Source: Squalus acanthias
Lineage: Eukaryota
Direction: 5' to 3'
DNA length: 64,000 nucleotides
Assembly (NCBI GenBank): GCA_030390025.1
Contig: CM059438.1
Coordinates: forward strand, 69,008,001 to 69,072,000
The position numbers and the translations under genes were made by a program. The notes beneath the pieces were generated by a model. The model worked only from the letters and a program-made list of their open reading frames with translations, was not told the origin of the DNA and ran no database searches. The first letter of the stretch is position 1; every line of letters begins with the position of its first letter. Of this stretch, positions 11,185-20,262 are shown piece after piece.

Positions 11185-12937
11185 ATGACCTTGCTGATAT
11201 GCCTGGCCACGGCGATCACAGAAGGAGCCACATCGGTCAACCAAAGGGAGCAACGAGGCCTGTATTACAAGAACTCGAGCGACGTCAGTTGCGATCGGGA
11301 ACGTGGGGCATTAACTGTCACGGTTGATAAAACAGTGTATTTAAGTTGCAGCTCCGGGTTAACGGGCGTAAGCATATTTGACAACAAGCCAGGCGATACA
11401 GGGGATAGGGGTAACACGGGGATGGCTGTTAAATGGACAAACATGAGCACGGTATGCTTCGGGAAGAAGAGTGATGATACATTAACATGCGTACAGGAAG
11501 GAACTATGCAAGTAAGATGTGGGAGGGATTTCACTCAGATGTCCGGGGTACCCCAGCAGGAAGAAGGAGGGTGGGAGTTATGCCCAACCTCCAAGTGCAC
11601 CAACTCTGATGATTGGTGTTGGAAGCTGAACCCCCGGGATACTCCCACCACCACAACCACACCGACCACCCCAGTAACAGGAGCCCCGAAGGTCGGTGTG
11701 GTTGTGGTGGTGGGAGTATCCCGGGGGTTCAGCTTCCAACACCAATCATCAAAGGTCGACCTTTGACTACGGAGGAACCCTTGAGGTATCCGCAGACTAG
11801 CTTGGGACCCAAAGGGGGGCTCGTGATCCGGGATTCTGATAGGCGCTTATTTGAGAATGTACACCATGAGATTGTTTCGGTTGTCCTCAATATTAGCCAG
11901 ATGGAGTTACCCAAATGGTGCGAGTGGCGTACAAGGTCGTTTTACCATCGGCTCCACGACATGACAGTTACTGATGCCCTCTGGGCCTCTGGGGGACGCG
12001 TGCGGTCGAGCCTATCTTGCCGCCAGAGGAACCTGGTAAATGACATAGCCACTGCTTACAGTGCAGGGACAGCCACAGTTAATTCCCTGGATAGGAATGG
12101 TATTAGCTGTACCCAGTCTGCAGGAAAGGGAATCCAAGCCCCTCTACGAGGCAGAGAATATCGGGATCATAAGAGATGGCAATTGGCTCAGATACCACCA
12201 CGCACCCAGTTATGCAACCCAGAAAGGTTCTTCTTGACGGGGATCTCGCTAGAGGAATGCAGAGAAAGGGGGAGTAACGTAGTCTGCCCACATCCTGTGG
12301 GGACGGGGCCAGGAGCCATGGGCGGCTTCAACACCACCCTAAACTGCACCCTTGAAATTTCCAGCGCCCGCCATGAGCCAACGCGAGCAGCACACCGGGG
12401 AAAAGGAGAATACCGTGTGACCACCAGTGAATCTCAATACCAGTATGGTAACATCCAGTGCCCAGCTCAAGTTTCTGCTTCCGCCCCCGGGCCCCAACAA
12501 CGATCGGACATGCAACCATAACCTACCTACGGTCGTCCCGCGAGGAACGGGTGAGTCCAACTGAGGACCTAAAGCACAGCATGCTCGAATATGTACTCCC
12601 TGAGGGGCAGGACATCCCGAAACTACCAGAACACCTACTGAAACTGAGGAAAGAGGCCGGGGCGATAATTAAGCAGTATCACCGAATTGAGCAAGAGGTC
12701 AAACAACTGGGGAAGGATGTGGAGACCAAGCTGGAAGATGCCTCATGCTGGCAGACACTTTGGGACTGGGGTATTAGGGTGGACATACACCCCTGGATCA
12801 GAATTGCATCTCATGTATTGGTGGTGGTGCAGTTGCTAATTGTCATCATACTTATGTTTGAGTATTGTACTCGATGTAAACGACGCCGTAACCGAACTAT
12901 TGCTAAAACCATTGTTAAAACACAGTATAGCTTGTGA
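11185..12937 (+). pseudogene. env: env-like glycoprotein, frameshifted and deleted; F-protein-like
   Basis: Signal-like MTLLICLATAITEG after a splice acceptor (…ccctctacAG, 11171; donor G|GTGAGT at 8882). Cys-rich ectodomain, RQR-NLVNDIATAYSAG cleavage/fusion-like segment, heptad region, TM helix and basic tail. Confidence 0.75.
11607..11751. repeat. Perfect 61-bp inverted repeat with a 23-nt loop
   Basis: 11607-11667 is the exact reverse complement of 11691-11751. An 18-bp palindrome overlaps the right end at 11749-11766. Confidence 0.95.
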
Positions 12938-13074
12938 GAGAAGCAGGGAATGTTAGAGGTTGTTAAAGTAGCCACACCCGTGTGAATCCAACCACCTGCC
13001 TGGCCCAGCAGTGATGGGGTGAGGAGCACGGGCAGCTGAAGTTAGTTGGCCATCTTGGGCTATCACCAAGGGCC

Positions 13075-13084
13075 AAAAGGGGGG
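13075..13084 (+). other. Polypurine tract
   Basis: AAAAGGGGGG, 2 nt upstream of the 3' LTR. Confidence 0.8.
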
Positions 13085-13086
13085 TC

Positions 13087-13577
13087 TGAAGGGGTTAAAA
13101 GTTAGATTAGCAGCTTAACTGACTAGCTGGTTGATGTAATAAAGAAGATGTCTGGCAGAACAAAGACAGTTGGAAAAAGCATATTACATGATGATTGGGG
13201 GAGTAAAAGAATCAAGGAGGCCATACATTGAACAATGGGCCGCCAAGATGTGATTTGCGAAGATGAGGTTAAGCGTACGTAAATTGGATAGAACAATGGC
13301 AGATGTGGAAACAGGGCAAATGAGATAAACAAGATGTGTTTTGTGGAGATGTGATTAAGTGTACGTGACTTGGACAATTAATTGGCCAAGTCCCGAAGAT
13401 GTGAAGGAAACAAGATGTAAGATTGTATATAAGCCAACTGCTCGAATGTAAAAATTAGACTCCCATCTCAGCTCAGACTGAGAGAGCCTCTCCCTACACG
13501 TGCTTGAATAAAGATCGCTTGGAACAAGTGCACGCTCGTCTCCGGTCTGCTTTGGGGCAGAGAGAAATCCCACAACA
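13087..13577 (+). repeat. 3' LTR
   Basis: Direct repeat of 8324-8813, followed by TSD ATGT. Confidence 0.95.
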
Positions 13578-14959
13578 ATGTAGACAATATTTCTTTAAAA
13601 ACAAAACAAGTAGCTGAAGCCATGGGATCAGGAAAGTATTGTGTTACACTGAATGTTCCATTCCATTCATGATTTGTGCCCCTATATAGTGATTTGAGAA
13701 ATGCAGCACGATCTGTCCCTACAAAGATGCCTGTTAGAGTGTTTGTGAAAAAATACTGTTGTACGTGATATTGTATCCAAGACTGTTACACTTATTATAT
13801 TCTACAATTTGGAGATGACATCCCTTTAAATAGGATGACTGAATTGCAATAAAAAGCAATCTTAAGTAATTTTACTTCATTAACTGACTTCCGAAAGGCA
13901 ATTTTGAATATGTTCTGTTGAAAAGAAATTTCATCAAATCATGATTCATGAGCATGTTTCTTATTCACTACCAGTGGAAGTACTTTATCGGTGAAGTGGA
14001 TTTAAGTTTCACTTTTCCAAAACAGTGCATTATTAGAATAACAGATTGCCTGTGTTAGTGATGTCCATTATTGTTTATTGGGTGTAGACTACGACAATTG
14101 ACTCTTGGCTATTGCCTACTTTGTGGGTTATAGGAGCTGTTGTATGTAAGATTACATTTAAATTCATCGTTACCCACCTTTAAATGTGACTGTTTTTGGC
14201 TTGGTTCAAGGGGAAAAGAGTTGGTGGTGGTGCGGGGGGGTGGGGGGGGGCCATACTGATCTAAAAAGACAACCCCAAGCTAACATTATCCTGCTGAACT
14301 GACTTATCGATGGTATAGGATTCATGAAAGGTGATGATGGTCATCTTAATTCTTCAACAATAATTTGATTGGGAAGTACTTTGGATCAAGAAAATTTAGA
14401 ATGTGTCAACTTAAGTATCTTTTTTAAAGGAGGAAGTTGGAGCTGGCTCACTTGCATGTTTATTTTCATTTCTCTCTGTTGATTCAGGTTCTGGTCAGCA
14501 CTAGAACAAAGGATTAAAAGTGCAGGCTATTGTTGGCCATATTCTCTGTCTCTTCGCTCCCTGTTACTAGCTGCTCGGATCATGTGTTACTGGATTTGCT
14601 TGTTAGCCATTCACTGCTTGCTACCTTTTGTTGACTTGTTCGCTGGATGAAAACGGGCTGCCAGAGAAACTTTGGGGAATATTTCTTTTGTGAAATTTGT
14701 ACACGTAGCACATTCATAAACCTGTATTTAGTAAACGGATTTACAATTTAGCTACCCATAGTGGACCGAGGAAACCTTCTTCCCTCCCGCCATGTCCTCC
14801 GCTGCAATTGCAACCCTTCAACTCCAGTACATCGGTATCTGGTGATGTACATTCACTGATGATCTTCTATTTATTGGAGCCACCTCTTTGTTTTCTGTTT
14901 GTACTTGATCAGATATAAAGAAATGAAGAGTGAATTTGGCATCTTATTACACCCTTGGG

Positions 14960-15176
14960 TTATCCCAAAGTGCGTTAAGGCCCAAGGATTATATTTCAAG
15001 CACAGTACTTGTTACTGCAGTAGATGCAGCAGTCAATTTGCACACATCAAGGTCTCACAAGTGGCAGATAATCTTAGGAACAGATGTTGGGCAGGACACA
15101 GGAAGAAATCTCTGCTCTTCTTTGAATAGTGCCATGGGGTTATTTTCATCCACCTGAATAGGCAGATGTTTAACAT
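14960..15176 (-). mobile_element. Degenerate Deu-domain SINE fragment
   Basis: Similar to 34590-34830. Confidence 0.6.
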
Positions 15177-15179
15177 CTT

Positions 15180-15942
15180 GGCCCTGAAATTCGCCTCTCC
15201 GGCTTGCCGCGGGGGTAAGGATCGCACGCGCACTTACCTACCGCGCCTGCCGTTGACCTCTGGGCCCACGGGAACTTCAGCTCCTGGGCCTGCTCCAAGT
15301 GCCGACGCGCAGTGCTTGCATGTCCCAGGGGCGCAGTTAATGCGATGCGTCCCCTGGGATCACGTGGGCCATGGAGAGCCAATGGCAGCAGACCATCTTT
15401 CATTCATAGATTTGACAGGAAGACCTGTCAAATCTATGAATTGAAATCAGCCCCAAAAGAACAGCTAAACTTAAAATATTTTTTTTTTAAAATCACATTT
15501 ATAAAATAACTGTAAGTTAAATAAATTAACTACTTTAAACAAAAATTTAAATTTTTGAAAAAATTAAAAAACTTTTTAACAGTGCTAAAAATAAACTTAC
15601 CTTTCTTTAAAGTATCTAAAAAAGATAAACCTGTTGAAAAAATTTTAAAATTATAATTAATTAACCACTTACCTTGTTGAAAACGGGTCCTGCGCCTCCT
15701 TTTTAAAAGCGCAGCTTCTTCAATACTTACCCTCCCGGAGAAACCTGAAAAAAAACCTAAGTTTGCTGCGTGCGCGCAGCCTCTACCGCGCACGCGGTTC
15801 ACCTATGAACCACTCCCTTCACCAGACCGGAAGTTCCGGTTTCCCGCGCATGCGCAGTGCATGCAGGAAACCGGCACTTCAGGTGGCCTTACGGGTGAGT
15901 ACACAGCGCGTACTCACCCGGCAAGGGCCGAATTTTTGGCCC
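15180..15942 (+). mobile_element. Harbinger-type MITE family 1, copy 3
   Basis: TIRs GGCCCTGAAATTCG / CGAATTTTTGGCCC, TSD CTT/CTT. Close copy of 32881-33645. Confidence 0.9.
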
Positions 15943-15956
15943 CTTATCTTATGCAA

Positions 15957-16480
15957 CAGGGTTTAGTTCTGGGGCCACTTCTGTTCACTATATACAGCAA
16001 TGATTTGGATATCGGCCTAAAAGGAGTGGTGTGAAAGTTTGCAGATGATACCAAAATAGGAGGAATCATTAATTCTTTAGAAGACCAAAGGAAGCTGGAA
16101 AAGGATATTGATCAGATGGGAGAATGGGCTAAAAAGTGGCCGATGGATATTAATGTTGTTAAATGTGAGGTGATTTTTTTGTAGACATTAAATAGCAGTA
16201 ATATTCTGAATGGAAGTAAGCTTGGTGCTGTGCAAGAGCAGAGGGATTTGGGGGTTTAAGTTTACAAGACCTTAAAGGACACACTTTAATTTAAAGGGCT
16301 GTTTTAAAAAAAAAAGCTAATGAAATTTTAGATTTTACCACAAGCCACATAGAATATAAAAGCCAAGAAGTAATGACGACCCTATATAAAACTTAGTAAG
16401 ACCTCAGTTAGCGTACTGTGTGTATTATTGGGCTCCACACAATAGGAAGGATATTGAGGCTTTAAACGGGGTACAATTCA
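15957..16480 (+). mobile_element. Old CR1 RT fragment
   Basis: Decayed LGPLLF, FADDTK and RPQL.YCV..WAPH coding sequence. Confidence 0.75.
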
Positions 16481-16759
16481 GACCAAAATCATTTAAAATG
16501 AACCCAGGATCCCTGGTGACTCGCTGACATTCGCTGCACCCACCCCTCCCCCAGTGTCTGCAATTAAACACAGAGAGAATGGGATGTCCGGGCCAGGCCT
16601 CATTGTAACTGGGGATGTTCATGGTCATTTTCATTTTACAGATTCAGGGTGAGAGTCTCTGTGAGACGGTGACACTAGCGGAGATACCCCGCGCCACAAC
16701 TCAAACCCCAACACACGAGATTCTCCAAATAATCTGGAATAAGGTATAGATGCAGACTA

Positions 16760-17310
16760 GTACAGATGCATTTAAGGGGAGGCTAGATAAGTGTATGAGG
16801 GAGAAGGGAATAGAGGGTTATGCTGATAGATTTAGATGAGGAAAGACGGGAGGAGGCTCGAGTGGAGCATAAACGCCGGCATGGACTGGTTGGGCCGAAT
16901 GGCCTGTTTCTGTGCCGTACATCCTATGTAATCCTATGCAGATTCAGTAGCATGCTGTCTAGTGTAAAGAAATACAAATATGAAGAAAAACGTGGAAAAA
17001 TTGTGGCATTTTTCATTGGAACAGCAATGCAGATGTGTTTAAAATTATGAATGGATTGGATAGGATGAATAGAAGTTGACTTTTTCCAGTAGTTGAAGGA
17101 TCTCGGATTCATTCCAGGATTTGTGCTTGATACAGAAACTGTCAACATTCAAAGTTAGATTGGATAGGTGGAAGAAGGAAAAGGGATGAAAGGATATGGG
17201 TCTAGGACAGGTAAATGTGATTAGAATTCCCGTGGAGGGTATACGCCAACACAGACTAGATGGATCGAATCGGTGTGTTTCTGCATTGTAACTTTTATAT
17301 ATTTCTATGT
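16760..17310 (+). mobile_element. Two CR1 3'-end fragments
   Basis: FKGRLDKCM-type ends and 3' UTRs ending near 16938 and 17310. Confidence 0.65.
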
Positions 17311-18254
17311 ACAGCACCTCCGACAACACAGAAATCCCTCAGTACTGCATTCAAATATCGGCGTCGATTATCTGTTGTAAGCTGGTTCAGCACCTTTTAA
17401 CTCTTGTGCTTTGCTGGAATATAAACACAGCCAGTGATTGAGACATGTGACCCTTCGATTATGGCACTCTTCATATTATTTGAGAAACCGCTGTTCGACT
17501 TTGTGTCTCCTCCACTTCTAACAGTGTTTCAGTGAAGCACCAAGTGATCCGATGAACACAAAACACTTCTGCAATCATTTTACCTGTGTCACGGTTTCTG
17601 CGTTATTAGATTAAGACAATGAGACTTGCTATTGAATAAATAGATTCGAGTAGTTATTTCTGGAACTGGTTCAAGTCAATTTGGATACAATCAATCCAAA
17701 TTACCTTGAGCTCTCCACATAAAAAGGGGCCCTAACAATAGCTATTATGTAAAATGATTGAAGTGGAAATATAAACCCTTGAGTAATTATCTCAGGAGTA
17801 TCTAATTTGGTGGAGATCCAGAGATTTGGTCGCAGAATACTTCAGGAAAACTTATTTGTTGTTTTCTTAAAAGTTGGATCTCTCAGCTACAATGCCTGAT
17901 CTAGCTGTGTACTCTCAGGTCTGTCACTAAGACTCATTACTTAAAATCATACGTCTTGCCAACATGGTTTAGGTTCAATGAATTAAAACAGATAAATAAT
18001 TAAAATCACAGAATTATGCTTTGGAACTAGCTAAGTCGAATCATTAATTTGCATTGATCTCTTGATTATCATTATTAATGTAACAGCCACACAATAATCG
18101 GGAAGGATCTGTGATGTCTCGTTTGCATTGTAATAGGGAAATACCTACCATGCAGTCAAAAAAGTAGTAGGCTTCTCAGTGACATCAAGCTCATCCAACT
18201 TGTTTGTCATGGCACATTGTCATCAGCAATTTCTGGCTTGCAAGGAAGAAATGC

Positions 18255-18585
18255 TCATCAAGCCTGCTCTGCCATTCAGTAAGATCATGGCTGAACTTTT
18301 ACATCAACTCCACTTACCCACCCTATCCCCATAACCCTTGATTCCCTTAGTGCCCCCAAAATCTATCGATCTCAGTCTTGAATATACTCAACGACTGAGC
18401 ATCCATAGCCCTCTGGAGCAGAGAAATCCAAAGATTCACAAACCTCTGAGTGAAGAAATTTCTCCTCATCTCAGTCCTAAATGGCCATCCCCTCATCCTG
18501 AGACTGTGACCCCTGGTTCTAGACTGTCCAGCCAGGGAAAACAGCCTCTCAGCATCTACCCTGTCAAGCCCTCTAAGAATGTTAT
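18255..18585 (-). mobile_element. CR1 3' fragment
   Basis: Reverse complement of CR1 ORF2 end and 3' UTR (compare 5600-5910). Confidence 0.8.
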
Positions 18586-18788
18586 ATGTTTCTTTCTTTC
18601 TCTTTTCTCTTCTCCTTTCTCTCGCTCTCGATCTCCCTCTCTTTCAAATTCTCTCTCAATTTTTTTCTCTCTCTCTTTCTCTCATTCTTTTTCTCCTCTC
18701 TCTGTCCTTTATATCTCCCTTTCTTTCTCTCGCTTCCTCTCTCCTTCCATCTTTCTTTCTCTCTTTGTTTCTTTCTTACTTTTCGTAA

Positions 18789-19139
18789 GGCGGAGGACTC
18801 AAGAGGCGGCGGCGAACAGGTAGGCCCACAGAGGCGGCGGACCTGGGTGGAGCGGCTGCGGCGAGGCGGAGGACTCAAGAGGCGGCGGCGACCAGGTAGG
18901 CCCACAGAGGAGGCGGACCTGGGTGGAGCGGCTGCGGCGAGGCGGAGGACTCAAGAGGCGGCGGCGACCAGGTAGGCCCACAGAGGCGGCGGACCTGGGT
19001 GGAGCGGCTGCGGCGAGGCGGAGGACTCAAGAGGCGGCGGCGAACAGGTAGGCCCACAGAGGCGGCGGACCTGGGTGGAGCGGCTGCGGCGAGGCGGAGG
19101 ACTCAAGAGGCGGCGGCGACCAGGTAGGCCCACAGAGGC
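18789..19139 (+). repeat. 76-bp CpG-rich tandem repeat, about 4.6 copies
   Basis: Units start at 18789, 18865, 18941, 19017 and 19093 and are near identical (GGCGGAGGACTCAAGAGGCGGCGGCGA…). Confidence 0.95.
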
Positions 19140-19335
19140 TTTTAAAGTGCGGGACGCAGTGGTTGCTGGGTAGGTGATTAATTTTTACCTGTATATAAGT
19201 TGGGCGGTTCCTAAACCCGAGACACTACACTTGTAGTGTCCCCCACCCTTCCTCCTCCTCTAACCTAAAGGAGGTGAGTGACTATCAGGTAAGCTCTTTT
19301 TTGTTCTAGTTTAATCTGCAAGTTAGCTGGAGGGG

Positions 19336-20262
19336 ATGGCAGGGGAGGCAGTGAAATGTTCCTCCTGCAGAATGTTTGAGGTGAGGGACGCCGTAGGTGT
19401 CCCTGCTGATTACACCTGTGGGAAGTGCTCCCATCTCCAGCTCCTCGAAAACCGTGTTAGGGAACTGGAGCTGGAGCTGGATGAACTTCGGATCATTCGG
19501 GAGGCAGAGGAGGTCATAGATAGAAGCTTCAGGGATGTAATTACTCCAAAGCATGAAGATAGATGGGTGACGGTGAGAGGGGCTAGGAGGAAGCAGTCAG
19601 TGCAGGGATCCTCTGTGGTCGTTCCCCTCAGTAACAGGTATACCGCTTTGAATACTGTTGAGGGGGACGACTTACCAGTGGTAAGCCACGGTGACCGGAT
19701 CTCCGGCGCTGGGTCCGTCCCTGTGGCTCAGAAGGGAAGGGGGGAGAGCAGGAGAGCAATAGTTATTGGGGACTCAATAGTCAGAGGGACAGATAGGAGG
19801 TTCTGTGGCAGCAAAAGAGACTCACGGATGGTATGTTGCCTCCCGGGTGCCAGGGTCCGTGACGTCTCGGACCGTGTTTTCAGAATCCTCAAAGGGGAAG
19901 GGGAACAATCACAAGTCGTGGTACACATCGGTACCAACGACATAGGTAGGAGAAGGGACGGGGATTTAAAACAGGAATTTAGGGAGCTAGGTTGGAAGCT
20001 GAGAGCCAGTACAAACCATGTTGTAATTTCTGGTTTGTTGCCGGTGCCACGTGCTAGCGAGTTGAGGAACAGGGAGAGAGTGCAGATAAACACGTGGCTG
20101 CAGGGATGGTGTAGGGGGGAGGGTTTCAGTTATGTGGATAATTGGAGCACATTCTGGGGAAGGTGGGACCTGTACAAACAGGACGGTTTGCACCTGAACC
20201 AGAGGGGCACCAATATCCTGGGAGGGAAATTTGCTACGGCTCTTCGGGGGGGTTTAAACTAA
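19336..20262 (+). CDS. CR1 ORF1p: zinc finger/leucine zipper plus SGNH/GDSL esterase domain
   Basis: CxxC…CxxC, coiled coil, PLSNRY, VIGDSIVRG, CLPGA, HIGTND, DGLHLN; intact 308 aa. Confidence 0.93.
   Translation: MAGEAVKCSSCRMFEVRDAVGVPADYTCGKCSHLQLLENRVRELELELDELRIIREAEEVIDRSFRDVITPKHEDRWVTVRGARRKQSVQGSSVVVPLSNRYTALNTVEGDDLPVVSHGDRISGAGSVPVAQKGRGESRRAIVIGDSIVRGTDRRFCGSKRDSRMVCCLPGARVRDVSDRVFRILKGEGEQSQVVVHIGTNDIGRRRDGDLKQEFRELGWKLRASTNHVVISGLLPVPRASELRNRERVQINTWLQGWCRGEGFSYVDNWSTFWGRWDLYKQDGLHLNQRGTNILGGKFATALRGGLN

Larger units (their letters stand above)
8324..13577 (+). mobile_element. Endogenous retrovirus provirus, internally deleted (gag, partial integrase, env)
   Basis: Two ~490-bp LTRs (TG...CA), TSD ATGT (8320-8323, 13578-13581), PBS, PPT, and gag/IN/env remnants. 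Confidence 0.95.

Noticed and set aside
10792..11766. Standalone 324-aa novel protein
   Set aside because: It is the integrase tail joined to the env N-terminus of a decayed provirus.
18338..18975. Hydrophobic or basic ORFs
   Set aside because: Artefacts of an antisense CR1 fragment, the CT-rich tract and the tandem repeat.
18789..19139. CRISPR-like array
   Set aside because: Units are contiguous and near identical with no unique spacers; the context is a eukaryotic LINE.
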